The translations under genes were made by a program, and so were the position numbers. A DNA stretch of 63,345 nt, the filler included. It is 7 parts of 7 records of this genome, joined end to end, with 100 filler letters (N's around TTAATTAATTAA, not from the genome) between each part and the next. Parts side by side here need not be neighbours in the genome. Positions count along the whole stretch, not along the records: positions 34,065 to 42,903 come from SRR20825019_1988; positions 43,004 to 48,763 come from SRR20825019_1990; positions 48,864 to 56,626 come from SRR20825019_1993; 4 more parts are not named here. One strand, 5' to 3'. The notes beneath the pieces were generated by a model that saw only the letters and a list, made by a program, of their open reading frames with translations, ran no database searches and had not been told where the DNA came from. Of this stretch, positions 39,631-49,499 are shown piece after piece (position 1 is the stretch's first letter; every line of letters begins with the position of its first letter).

Positions 39631-40946
39631 CACGACACCCGCGCGTGGATCAGGGCTGGGGCTTTCAGCGCCCGATCGCCCACAGTGAACGCAGCCCGCA
39701 CGGCTGCCTCGGCGCAGTCGGCCTGATCGGGCCGCGCGGCGTGGATGACCGCCAGCGGCTGCCCCTTGGCCACGGCGTCGCCCAGACGCAGCACGCGCGA
39801 CAGGCCCACCGCCGGATCGACCACATCACTTTCCACCGCACGCCCGCCGCCAAGGGCCACTACGACACGGCCCAACGCCTCGCCATCAATGGCGCGCACG
39901 GTGCCGGCCTTGGGGGTCGCGACCTCGCGGATCACCGTCGCCTCGGGCAGGAAGCGTGCGTGGTTTTCGACGAATTGCACCGGCCCGCCCATCGCCGCGA
40001 TCATCTTGCCAAAGCGTTCGGCGGCATGGCCGCTACGGATCGCCTGCACGATTTGTTCAGCGCCTGCATCTGCGTCTGCGGCCAGCCCTGCGCCTGCCAG
40101 CAACACACCGCCCAGCGCCGCGCTGATCTGCGATAACGGGGCATCGGTGTTGCCTGCCGTCAACACCGCCATCACCTCGGACACTTCCAGCGCATTGCCC
40201 AGCGACGGGGCCAGCGGCTGATTCATATCGGTAATCAACGCCGACGTGCGGCACCCTGCAGCGTTCGCGGTTTGGGTCAGCGCCTCGGCCAGCGCGCGGG
40301 CAGCGGTCATGTCCTTCATGAATGCGCCCGAGCCGACCTTGACGTCCAGCACCAGCCCCTCAAGCCCGCCGGCCAGTTTCTTCGACAGGATCGACGCGGT
40401 GATCAGGTCCAGGCTTTCCACCGTCGCCGTCACATCACGGATCGCATACAGCCGCTTGTCCGCAGGGGCGATATCACCCGTGGCGCTGACAATCGCACAG
40501 CCCGCACCTGCCACCACATCGTGAAACTGCGCCGCGTCCAGGTTCACATTTACGCCCGGTATCGCCTCAAGCTTGTCCAGTGTCCCGCCGGTGTGCCCCA
40601 AGCCCCGCCCCGAAATCATCGGCACGAATGCCCCGCAGGCCGCCAGCGCAGGGGCCAGCACCAGCGACACGCAATCGCCCACGCCGCCGGTGGAATGTTT
40701 GTCCAGCACCGGACCGTCCAGATCCCAGTTCAACACCTGCCCGCTGTCGCGCATCGCCAGCGTCAATGCCACGCGGCCCTCGTCGCTCAGCCCGTTCAGG
40801 CAGACGGCCATGGCAAAGGCGCCCGCCTGCGCATCACTGACCGCGCCATCGGCCAGCCCTTGGGCAAACCACGCCAAAGCGTCGCGCGGCGGGGTGTCTC
40901 CTGCGCGCAGGGTGGCAATGATATCGCGGGCGGAAAAATCGCTCAT
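39630..40946 (-). CDS. deoA: Thymidine phosphorylase
   Basis: DKHSTGGVGD, SGRGLGHTGGTLDKLE, SILSKKLA and DVKVGSGAFM motifs. Confidence 0.97.
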   Translation of the reverse strand: MSDFSARDIIATLRAGDTPPRDALAWFAQGLADGAVSDAQAGAFAMAVCLNGLSDEGRVALTLAMRDSGQVLNWDLDGPVLDKHSTGGVGDCVSLVLAPALAACGAFVPMISGRGLGHTGGTLDKLEAIPGVNVNLDAAQFHDVVAGAGCAIVSATGDIAPADKRLYAIRDVTATVESLDLITASILSKKLAGGLEGLVLDVKVGSGAFMKDMTAARALAEALTQTANAAGCRTSALITDMNQPLAPSLGNALEVSEVMAVLTAGNTDAPLSQISAALGGVLLAGAGLAADADAGAEQIVQAIRSGHAAERFGKMIAAMGGPVQFVENHARFLPEATVIREVATPKAGTVRAIDGEALGRVVVALGGGRAVESDVVDPAVGLSRVLRLGDAVAKGQPLAVIHAARPDQADCAEAAVRAAFTVGDRALKAPALIHARVS

Positions 40947-41329
40947 TTCATGTGGTCAGGGGTAAAGGCACCGGGCAGAAGTTCGGCCAGGGTCATCACC
41001 TGCTCGACGCCGCCCGTGGTTGCCATGGTGACAGTCACATCGCCTGCGCCGAACTCGGCCAGCTTCTGACGGCATCCGCCGCAGGGTGTCACCGGCATCG
41101 GGCTGCCTGCGATCACGTAAACTTCGGTCAACCGCGTCTCGCCTGCCGCCACCATCGCGGCGATGGCGCCCGCTTCGGCACAGGTGCCTTCGGGATAGGC
41201 CACGTTTTCCACGTTGCAACCCGCATAGACGGTGCCAGAAGCCCCGGTGATCGCCGCCCCCACCTTGAAGTTGGAATAGGGCGCATAGGCCTTTTCGCGC
41301 ACGTCGGTGGCGGTTTGTTTCAACGTCAT
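40943..41329 (-). CDS. cdd: Cytidine deaminase (homotetrameric type)
   Basis: AYAPYSNFKVGAA, GCNVEN, CAE and PCGGCRQ motifs. Confidence 0.96.
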   Translation of the reverse strand: MTLKQTATDVREKAYAPYSNFKVGAAITGASGTVYAGCNVENVAYPEGTCAEAGAIAAMVAAGETRLTEVYVIAGSPMPVTPCGGCRQKLAEFGAGDVTVTMATTGGVEQVMTLAELLPGAFTPDHMK

Positions 41330-42420
41330 CAGTTCTCTCCTGTTCGGGTGTTGAAGACGCCCGGCAAGGACACCTCCAACAATTCCAGATCATCCGAAGG
41401 GGCGGCATAGCGTACCTTCATCCCCGGCGGCACGACAAAGGCATCCCCCGCCTCCAGCGTAAATGGATCACGGCCTTGGCCCTGCAACTCCATTGTCCCC
41501 TCCATCACAAAGGTGAACAGAATGTCGCTGTCATGCGCGGCCCATTCCGGTGCGCCATCGCCCCGCCGCACCACATGCACACCCGCCACATTGTCGGTAT
41601 GCGCCGCAATCGTGGTGTCGCGCGAGCGGAAACCACCCATGCGGAACGGCTTCCACGTCGCCTCGTCGGTCTTGTGATGCACAAACCGCTGGCCCTGGAA
41701 CACGCGGTCCGGGTTGGCCGGACCGTTGGGCAACTCCATGTCATGATCAATGGTCGTGACATGTTCGGCCGGCACGCCGATCTCGATCACCTCGATGTTG
41801 TCGCTGGCGAACAGCACGCGATGGCGGATCTCGGGCGGCTGGATCACACAGTTGCCTGCGTACAGGCGGAACGGCTCGCCCTGATCCTCGTAGACCAGAT
41901 CGACCCAGCCCCGATAGCAAAAGATCAACTGAAACCCGACCGTATGATAATGCACCATGTCCGGCACCGGGCCGCCGTCGGGAATACGGATGTGGCTGGC
42001 GATGATCGACCCGCCCAGCCGGTCGGGGATCAGATCACGGTAATGCATGCCCGCACGGCCGATGACCCAAGGCGCCTGGTCCTTCAGCCGCCGCACCACA
42101 AAAGAATGGACCGTGGCGGGCATCACCACCGGCTGCTGCAGTGCCTCGATGGCAACCTGCGTGCCGCCGGGCGAAGTCAGTTCCAGCGCGCCGCCGGCAA
42201 AGTCCGCAGGATCGTCGCACCGGATCAGCACCCGCCCCGCAGGCGCATCCAGGCCCGCGTCCAGCCGCACGGCCAGCCCGTGCCCCGAAAACACCGTCAC
42301 AGCCGGATCATCGGCGGGATAGATCATATCCATCCGCATCCCCAACTGCTTGGAGAAAAATCCGATGTCACCGCGCAGATCCTGCGTCGGCAATATCACT
42401 TCTGCCCGTGTGTCGCCCAT
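41329..42420 (-). CDS. VOC-like plus double-cupin domain protein of unknown function
   Basis: N-terminal glyoxalase-like segment; cupin 1 HYHTVGFQ...IRH; cupin 2 HDSDILFTFVMEG...GDAFVVPPG; its stop overlaps the cdd start (TGATG). Confidence 0.82.
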   Translation of the reverse strand: MGDTRAEVILPTQDLRGDIGFFSKQLGMRMDMIYPADDPAVTVFSGHGLAVRLDAGLDAPAGRVLIRCDDPADFAGGALELTSPGGTQVAIEALQQPVVMPATVHSFVVRRLKDQAPWVIGRAGMHYRDLIPDRLGGSIIASHIRIPDGGPVPDMVHYHTVGFQLIFCYRGWVDLVYEDQGEPFRLYAGNCVIQPPEIRHRVLFASDNIEVIEIGVPAEHVTTIDHDMELPNGPANPDRVFQGQRFVHHKTDEATWKPFRMGGFRSRDTTIAAHTDNVAGVHVVRRGDGAPEWAAHDSDILFTFVMEGTMELQGQGRDPFTLEAGDAFVVPPGMKVRYAAPSDDLELLEVSLPGVFNTRTGEN

Positions 42421-42477
42421 GAACGCCCTCCAAAGTCACAAACTGTCGCCACCGCATGGATTTGACAAGACATGCGG

Positions 42478-42522
42478 TTCTTTTGGCTCGAAATATCCCG
42501 AAGCGCGCGGCAGAGCCTTGCT
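42478..42522 (+). repeat. REP-like intergenic element (degenerate second copy)
   Basis: TTCTTTTGGCTCGAAATATCCCG...GGCAGAGCC, same layout as 35121-35165. Confidence 0.4.
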
Positions 42523-42559
42523 CAGGCCTGAACAGCAATGGTTGGCCTCTGTGAAAAAA

Positions 42560-42577
42560 TAGTTTAACGCTAAACTA
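42560..42577. promoter_or_regulatory. 18-bp palindromic operator candidate
   Basis: TAGTTTA-ACGC-TAAACTA, an AT-rich inverted repeat with a central CG in a GC-rich genome. Confidence 0.6.
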
Positions 42578-42603
42578 CCTCGATCCAACCCGGAGCCCCG
42601 CAG

Positions 42604-42903
42604 ATGTCCGAAACCCCCTCAACCCGTCAGGCCGCCCTTGATTACCATGAATTCCCCAAGCCGGGGAAACTGGAGATTCGCGCCACAAAACCGCTGGCGA
42701 ATGGCCGCGATCTCAGCCGAGCCTATTCGCCCGGCGTGGCCGAGGCCTGCCTTGAAATCAAGGCCGATCCGTCGACCGCTGCGCGTTATACGGCACGCGG
42801 CAATCTGGTCGCCGTGGTGACCAACGGCACTGCTGTGCTGGGTCTGGGCAACATCGGCGCGCTGGCGTCCAAACCGGTGATGGAAGGCAAGGCGGTTCTG
42901 TTC
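42604..42903 (+). CDS. maeB: NADP-dependent malic enzyme, N-terminus (truncated)
   Basis: [43 protein letters not shown] and [11 protein letters not shown] motifs. Confidence 0.95.
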
Positions 42904-43003
42904 NNNNNNNNNNNNNNNNNNNNNNNNNNNNNNNNNNNNNNNNNNNNTTAATTAATTAANNNNNNNNNNNNNNNNNNNNNNNNNNNNNNNNNNNNNNNNN
43001 NNN
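42904..43003. other. Artificial contig-joining spacer
   Basis: N44-TTAATTAATTAA-N44. Confidence 0.99.
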
Positions 43004-43084
43004 AAGTATAACTTTGTAGACAATCCAGAAGATTTAGGAGAAATTATCAATAAAATTGACGCTGAGATCAACGGACTCTTTTAA
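43004..43084 (+). CDS. C-terminal fragment, probably a deoxynucleoside kinase
   Basis: KYNFVDNPEDLGEIINKIDAEINGLF* matches my recollection of the Bacteroidota dNK C-terminus. Confidence 0.65.
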   Translation, partial: KYNFVDNPEDLGEIINKIDAEINGLF

Positions 43085-43300
43085 AGACTTTTTCTCAGCA
43101 GAAACTTTAGCATCTAATTCTCCCTTGGGAGTAGTGAGTGAGTAAAAATAAAGAAGCTAAAAATATTAATTATAATATTTTTAGCTTCTCAAAACTACCC
43201 CAAGTTACTCGCATCCTACTCAAACTACGAGCAACAGTTCAGTGTAAATTTAATTATATTTTTTTGATTTACAATAGATTACAATTAAAAAATATAGTTT

Positions 43301-43335
43301 TCAACTACCTCGAAGCAAGTCCACGAGGTATTCAA
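43301..43335. repeat. Hairpin/REP-like element between convergent genes
   Basis: TCAAC-TACCTCG-AAGCAAGTCCA-CGAGGTA-TT with a 7-bp stem. Confidence 0.45.
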
Positions 43336-43336
43336 A

Positions 43337-45688
43337 TTACTTTTCTTTTAAATCCCTCACTTGTTGTTCTATTTCTTCTGGAGTTCCTTCAATAATTTTT
43401 TCTTCAGTAACAATTTTACCATTTACTGTTTTAGTGGTAGTTATTACCGCTTTTGCTGGTTCTAAATCCGCACTCCCAACATTTACACGAATCTCCTTTT
43501 GGATAACCTCTTTAGACGTCATTATAACTTCCGAAGAGTGCCCGCCTAAAATAGGCGCAATTACCAATCCTACTAAACAAGTAAGTTTAATTAAAATATT
43601 CATGGAAGGTCCAGAAGTATCTTTAAATGGATCTCCAACTGTATCTCCAGTAACAGCCGCTTTATGAGCATCTGATCCTTTGTACGTCATCTCTCCATTT
43701 ATTTCTACCCCAGCCTCAAAAGATTTTTTTGCATTGTCCCAAGCACCACCTGCATTATTTTGAAAAATTGCCCACATTACACCAGACACACAAACTCCAG
43801 CCATATATCCACCTAAAGGTTCTGCACCAAATACCAACCCTATTACAATAGGAGTTATAATGGTTAATAACCCAGGTAATAACATTTCTTTTAGAGCAGC
43901 CTTAGTAGAAATTTCAACACATTTGCTATAATCTGGTCTTCCCGTTCCTTCTAAAATACCTGGAATTTCTCTAAACTGCCTCCTTACTTCTTGCACCATT
44001 TCCATAGCTGCTTTCCCTACAGACTTCATTGCTAAAGCGGAAAAAACAACAGGAATCATTCCCCCAACAAATAAGGCAGCTAAAACATCTGCTTTAAAAA
44101 TATTAATTCCGTCAATTCCTGTAAAAGTAACATAAGCTGCAAATAATGCCAAGGCAGTTAAAGCTGCCGAAGCAATAGCAAACCCCTTCCCAACGGCAGC
44201 CGTTGTATTTCCTACAGAATCTAATATATCGGTACGCTCTCGTACTTCTGGCTCTAATTCACTCATTTCTGCAATCCCACCAGCATTATCTGCTATTGGC
44301 CCAAAGGCATCTATTGCTAATTGCATTGCCGTAGTTGCCATCATTGCCGAAGCCGCAATTGCAACTCCATAAAATCCTGCAAATTCATAAGACCCATAAA
44401 TAGCTGCTGCAAATAATAACACCGACCAAAACGTAGACATCATCCCTACAGCGAGTCCTGCTATAATATTTGTCCCCGCCCCTGTAGAACTATTTTGAAC
44501 TATATCTAGTACTGGTTTTTTTCCTAGACTTGTATAATAAGAGGTTACATAAGAAATAAGTGCCCCAACTGCCAATCCAATACAAGCCGACCAAAAAACA
44601 TTTATAGATGGGATAGCCACGGTATAATCGTTTCCAAAGAATTTCATATCCATTGTCTCAGGAAGCATAAAATCTATTAAAAAATAGCTTGCTAGCAACA
44701 TCAAAAAAATAGCTGTCCAATTACCAGTATCAAGCGCTTTTTGAACTTGCGGTTCTCTAGCATCATTATTAACTATTTTTACTAAGAAAGTACCTATTAT
44801 AGAAGCTAAAATTCCAATTCCTGCAATTACTAACGGCAAAAGAATTGGTCCCATATTATTAAAATCATCCGTAAAAGGAGCACTAATACTCATGTCTCGA
44901 ATAACATAATTTCCTAAAACCATAGCCGCTAAAACTGTAGCTACATAAGACCCAAATAAATCGGCTCCCATTCCTGCTACATCTCCTACATTATCTCCTA
45001 CGTTATCTGCTATAGTTGCTGGATTTCTAGGATCATCTTCTGGAATTCCCGCTTCTACTTTCCCCACCAAATCTGCTCCTACATCTGCTGCTTTGGTATA
45101 AATACCTCCTCCAACACGAGCAAATAGCGCAATCGATTCTGCTCCTAAAGAAAAGCCTGCAAGCGCTTCTAAAACAACCGTCATATTTTCATAAAAAGAC
45201 CCTGCTCCATCTAAAAACTGACCCGTAAAGATTAAAAAGAACAAACTGAGTCCTAAAACTGCTAATCCTGCCACTCCTAGTCCCATTACGGTACCCCCGC
45301 CAAAAGAAACCTGTAATGCTTGCGGCAAGCTAGTTTTTGCCGCTTCTGTAGTTCTAGTATTTGCTTCTGTAGCAATTCTCATCCCTATATTTCCTGCTAA
45401 GGCAGAAAAAATAGCTCCAATTACAAAAGCAGGAACAATCATCCAACTTGTAGTGTCTACCACTAAAGAAATTCCGAATAAAGCGACTGAGGCGATAATA
45501 ACAAAAATTAATAGCAGTCTATATTCAGCATTTAAAAAGGCAAGCGCACCTTCTTGGATACTTTTAGAGATAGATTTCATTTTTTCATTTCCTGCAGGTT
45601 GGCGCTTCACCCAAACAGCTTTTATCCCCATAAAAATAAGGCCAAGAATGGCCATAAGGATAGGTACATAAATAATATTGGATTCCAT
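43337..45688 (-). CDS. hppA: Membrane-integral pyrophosphatase (K+-dependent, probably H+-pumping)
   Basis: [35 protein letters not shown] and [13 protein letters not shown] motifs. Confidence 0.96.
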   Translation of the reverse strand: MESNIIYVPILMAILGLIFMGIKAVWVKRQPAGNEKMKSISKSIQEGALAFLNAEYRLLLIFVIIASVALFGISLVVDTTSWMIVPAFVIGAIFSALAGNIGMRIATEANTRTTEAAKTSLPQALQVSFGGGTVMGLGVAGLAVLGLSLFFLIFTGQFLDGAGSFYENMTVVLEALAGFSLGAESIALFARVGGGIYTKAADVGADLVGKVEAGIPEDDPRNPATIADNVGDNVGDVAGMGADLFGSYVATVLAAMVLGNYVIRDMSISAPFTDDFNNMGPILLPLVIAGIGILASIIGTFLVKIVNNDAREPQVQKALDTGNWTAIFLMLLASYFLIDFMLPETMDMKFFGNDYTVAIPSINVFWSACIGLAVGALISYVTSYYTSLGKKPVLDIVQNSSTGAGTNIIAGLAVGMMSTFWSVLLFAAAIYGSYEFAGFYGVAIAASAMMATTAMQLAIDAFGPIADNAGGIAEMSELEPEVRERTDILDSVGNTTAAVGKGFAIASAALTALALFAAYVTFTGIDGINIFKADVLAALFVGGMIPVVFSALAMKSVGKAAMEMVQEVRRQFREIPGILEGTGRPDYSKCVEISTKAALKEMLLPGLLTIITPIVIGLVFGAEPLGGYMAGVCVSGVMWAIFQNNAGGAWDNAKKSFEAGVEINGEMTYKGSDAHKAAVTGDTVGDPFKDTSGPSMNILIKLTCLVGLVIAPILGGHSSEVIMTSKEVIQKEIRVNVGSADLEPAKAVITTTKTVNGKIVTEEKIIEGTPEEIEQQVRDLKEK

Positions 45689-45743
45689 ATTTATAAGTTA
45701 GTTAGTAATTATGTTCTTATAAATGTAAGGAAATCAATAGAAT

Positions 45744-45776
45744 AAAAAAAGCAACAACTTTGCAGTTGTTGCTTTT
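45744..45776 (-). terminator. Intrinsic terminator downstream of ppa (possibly bidirectional)
   Basis: A7-GCAACAACT-TTGC-AGTTGTTGC-T4; a perfect 9-bp stem followed by U7 on the minus strand. Confidence 0.85.
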
Positions 45777-45800
45777 AATATCTTAAAACTAAGATTATTT

Positions 45801-46328
45801 TTAGTCGATACTAACTTCTTCTCTAGGAACGTCGCTATCTTGAAAACGGTTGATACATTTAGCAACGATATCTTTTGCGTCTTCTAAAGCTCCCCATCCT
45901 CCGATAGAAACTTTCTTTTTCTCTAAGTCTTTATATACTTGAAAGAAGTGTTCGATTTCTTTTATTAAATGTGGATTCAATTCGCTTAAATCATTTACAC
46001 GATTCCAAATTGGATCTGAAACTGGCACACAAATTACTTTCTCATCTGGTCCTTTTTCATCTTCCATATGGAAAACTCCAATTGGTTTTACCTCCATAAC
46101 ACAACCAGGGAAGGTTGGCTCTGTAACCAAGACTAAAACATCTAAAGGATCTCCATCTAACGCTAGTGTTTCAGGAATAAAACCATAATCAGCAGGATAC
46201 ATCATTGAAGAGAAAATCATACGATCGTAACGTATTTTTTTCAATTTAAAATCGTACTCGTATTTGTTTCTACTTCCCTTAGGAATTTCGATTAAAACAT
46301 CGAAAGTCTTTATTTGATCTGAACTCAT
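45801..46328 (-). CDS. ppa: Soluble inorganic pyrophosphatase, family I
   Basis: EIPKGSRNKYE, YPADYGFIP, DGDPLDV and FFQVYKDLE motifs. Confidence 0.97.
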   Translation of the reverse strand: MSSDQIKTFDVLIEIPKGSRNKYEYDFKLKKIRYDRMIFSSMMYPADYGFIPETLALDGDPLDVLVLVTEPTFPGCVMEVKPIGVFHMEDEKGPDEKVICVPVSDPIWNRVNDLSELNPHLIKEIEHFFQVYKDLEKKKVSIGGWGALEDAKDIVAKCINRFQDSDVPREEVSID

Positions 46329-46401
46329 CTATTTTTAAATTATAAATTTTGAATTCAGATAATGAACTCAAAACTCGTTATATATTCTTTAAAATGGAGT
46401 G

Positions 46402-46409
46402 CAAAAGTA
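46402..46409 (-). promoter_or_regulatory. Bacteroidota -7 promoter element for ppa
   Basis: The minus strand reads TACTTTTG about 75 nt upstream of the ATG. Confidence 0.65.
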
Positions 46410-46642
46410 ATGAAAACCAATATTAAAAGCAACAAAAGAAATGTATAGTTCTATTAATATCAACTATATTTAACTCCTTAATCAACTATCTCGGTACAAG
46501 TTCACAAGCTGTCCAAAGAAAACAAATTTAACTCATCTCGACGCACAGCCCTTCAATATACTCAGAATTGGCTCTGGAGGAATTAGACACTCCATGAAGG
46601 ATTAAATAAGGCAACCTACCCACCAAAAAACCACTACGTGGA

Positions 46643-48763
46643 TTAAAACACAAACTCCAAATTCCCAGTAATTGAGAAAGGACGGGCATCTGGAATATCT
46701 AAGTAATTCCCTCGGAAATTAAAATCGATGCGGATAATTTTAAAGATATTGGCTATTCCAAAAGAGTATTCGTAATACACCTCATCTGTTGGGGCACGAA
46801 GAATTGCACCTGCGGGTGCGCTTAGAGCAATATTTGCATCAGAAATCTCTCCCCAAACAGCTCTTAATCCAACTATTTCTCGTAGATCTAATTTTTTAAG
46901 AAATGGAATTTTTGAAAATAAACGACCATTAAAATTATGTTCTATCTGCCCAGACACATACGTATCGGTTACAAATTCGTAGAAATTAAGGTTAGGAAAG
47001 GTATTAAATATAGAAAAATACGTTTGGTTACCAGGAATTGGGCTTAATAAACTCAACGGAACTTCCCCAAAAGTTTTCCCAGCTTCTACTGTGGTTATAG
47101 TACGACCTATACCGCCTAATTGAAATGGTTGACGGTAATAAAACTGAAGTTTCTCGTAATTAAAATCACTCTCTAAAAAGCCTTTTAGGCCTGCTGTATA
47201 TACCAAATATAAACGTGCAAAATTACTGTTTACATTACTTCTCTCTACTCCATAGCCTGTAGTCTTTCTTCCGGGGGTAAAATCAAGAGAAACATTAACA
47301 TCATACTGCTTGGTCTCACTAGAGATTCCTCCTGGAGCGTCTGGATCTACATAATCTAAATTAAAATCTTCTGGTAAAGCAGAACGCAAGGTTCTAAAAT
47401 TGGTTTCTGTTTTTAAAACTAAATTTTTTACAGGCTCATATTCTATTCCGAAAGTAGTAAGGTTTAAATCGGTTAACGTATTATTACTTCCTGCGGTAAA
47501 AATTGCTGAAGAAGCAAAACTTCTTCCTAAAACATCGGAAGAAGATGTTAAACTTGTTCCGAGTTGTTCTACATCTCTTCTAGTCCCACCAGAGATTATG
47601 AGTCGGTTTTTTCTATCTAAAAGCCACTTTCCTGAAAACCCGTATTTAAACTTTTTATCTTTAAAACCGTAGGCTGTATACCCTTGCAATCGCCATGGGT
47701 CGTTTGGCCCGAAGTACGTTCTTCCTCCTGCCCTCAGGCGTATTCCTTCTGCTTCGTTATACCCAAAACTGGAATATATAGGTCCGAAATCCAGATTAAG
47801 TTTTGGTATTTCTACATATCCAGAAACTAAAATGGTTGTTAAATCGTATAAACGTTTAAATTTTGGAACTGTTTTTAAGGTGTCTAACATTTTGTAAACT
47901 CCCTTTTCGTCATCATTTAAACTTTCTAAACGATTTTGATCCCAAAAAGTACTATCTCGATTATAAATTAATTCATTATATGGATCTACCCGTTTATTAT
48001 AAAAACTTTTAGGTTTCTCTTTATCAAACTCATAATTATTGTAAACAGTAGTTCTTTTTCCGTATAGTCCACGAGACTCTTCCTTTTTACGCAAACTAAA
48101 ATCGCTCAATAAATAATCTCTTTTCAGCAGAAAGACAGAGTCGCTTAACACCTCAAACTCTTGTTCAATATAAAGCTCCTTCACCCAGTTTACGTTGGCG
48201 CTTTTTGAGACTTGCATATTGATATCTTTCACTGCAAATGTGGTATCGTTTACCCAAAAATTCCCTTTAAAGGTCATTTCATTTTTTCTTCGAGGATAAT
48301 AAACAATATTATAACACCATTTATTATCTACATAAGAACTATCGGTTAGCACATAATTATACACATCTACTCCCGTTTTTGAAAGCGGACTCACAAAGCT
48401 TTTATTAAAAAGTTTTATATAGTTATTGTAAATATTATAATCGGCATAAAGGTCTTTTACAAAAGATATTACGCTTTGATTTGTATTGAATCCAGAATTT
48501 TTATTTCCGACTAATCTTTCAACCTTTTCGTTCATTTTATTATCTCCATAAACTTCCGAAACGGCCTCATTTATAAAGATTGGGAGGTATGTTTTCCCGG
48601 TAACATTTGAAGTATCTACTTGATCAAAAATAAATTCCATCCCTTTGAAAATATTTTTGCTCATAAAAGCACTGTCGATAGTATTAAAGTCGAATTCTAT
48701 TTTTTCGTATTTATCATATTTATATTGATCAAAAAGATAAATTCCGTTTTGACGTTTTTTTGC
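46643..48763 (-). CDS. DUF5686 family outer-membrane protein (5' truncated)
   Basis: Frame is open to the contig edge; FVSPLS...YNYVLTDS, EHNFNG and NIFKIIRIDF motifs; C-terminal Phe (LEFVF). Confidence 0.82.
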   Translation of the reverse strand, partial: AKKRQNGIYLFDQYKYDKYEKIEFDFNTIDSAFMSKNIFKGMEFIFDQVDTSNVTGKTYLPIFINEAVSEVYGDNKMNEKVERLVGNKNSGFNTNQSVISFVKDLYADYNIYNNYIKLFNKSFVSPLSKTGVDVYNYVLTDSSYVDNKWCYNIVYYPRRKNEMTFKGNFWVNDTTFAVKDINMQVSKSANVNWVKELYIEQEFEVLSDSVFLLKRDYLLSDFSLRKKEESRGLYGKRTTVYNNYEFDKEKPKSFYNKRVDPYNELIYNRDSTFWDQNRLESLNDDEKGVYKMLDTLKTVPKFKRLYDLTTILVSGYVEIPKLNLDFGPIYSSFGYNEAEGIRLRAGGRTYFGPNDPWRLQGYTAYGFKDKKFKYGFSGKWLLDRKNRLIISGGTRRDVEQLGTSLTSSSDVLGRSFASSAIFTAGSNNTLTDLNLTTFGIEYEPVKNLVLKTETNFRTLRSALPEDFNLDYVDPDAPGGISSETKQYDVNVSLDFTPGRKTTGYGVERSNVNSNFARLYLVYTAGLKGFLESDFNYEKLQFYYRQPFQLGGIGRTITTVEAGKTFGEVPLSLLSPIPGNQTYFSIFNTFPNLNFYEFVTDTYVSGQIEHNFNGRLFSKIPFLKKLDLREIVGLRAVWGEISDANIALSAPAGAILRAPTDEVYYEYSFGIANIFKIIRIDFNFRGNYLDIPDARPFSITGNLEFVF

Positions 48764-48863
48764 NNNNNNNNNNNNNNNNNNNNNNNNNNNNNNNNNNNNN
48801 NNNNNNNTTAATTAATTAANNNNNNNNNNNNNNNNNNNNNNNNNNNNNNNNNNNNNNNNNNNN
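48764..48863. other. Artificial contig-joining spacer
   Basis: N44-TTAATTAATTAA-N44. Confidence 0.99.
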
Positions 48864-49499
48864 AGTACACTACCCAGGGGCGGCGGCCGGCGGAGGACTG
48901 ACTCGCCGTCCTGACTCTCATACGTCTGTAGAGCCTGGCCCGGACAGGAGCCGGACACCTGACCCTGAGTCGGGCGGCGCCGAAGTGGTGGAGGAGCGCC
49001 GGGGAGCAGCAGTCCCCCGGGCTGCCGGACTCAGAAACGCCGGCCTCACCCTGCCCGGGGCGCTGTTCACGTTGCCCAAATCAAACAAGCCCTTGTTCGC
49101 GCGTTCTTTCAGGATAGTTTCGAGGAGGATCCTATTGGTTCTGTCAATAACGAATATTTACATTTAGTGGAATACTGAATCGACGACTGGTGCTTTGGAC
49201 CACAGGCAAGTAAGTGCCAAGACCAGAAGGGCGGACCGCAGCGGCGCTCGAGCCGGTCGGCGCCGTAGGCGCCCGACGCCGCCCGCCCGCTCCGTCGTGG
49301 TTTGGTGCCAATTGCAAGTCGGGTCGCACGGCGGCCGCCCCCCCCTCCCCTCCCCGGCGGCCGCCAGCAGTCGGTCAATAGTGGGAGGGAGGCCGCCGGG
49401 CATACTTGCGAGCCTGAACCGCCCAAGTGCCATGAATAGTCTGCAAGGTCGAAGGATATTTAAACACAGTCGAGGTTTTAATTAATGTTCGGAATAGCG
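48864..49499. promoter_or_regulatory. GC-block/AT-block upstream region with TGAC/GTC-type motifs
   Basis: TGACTC at 48899 and 48912, TGAGTC at 48966, GGACTCA at 49027; AT-richer block ~49100-49200; GC block ~49230-49400. Confidence 0.55.
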
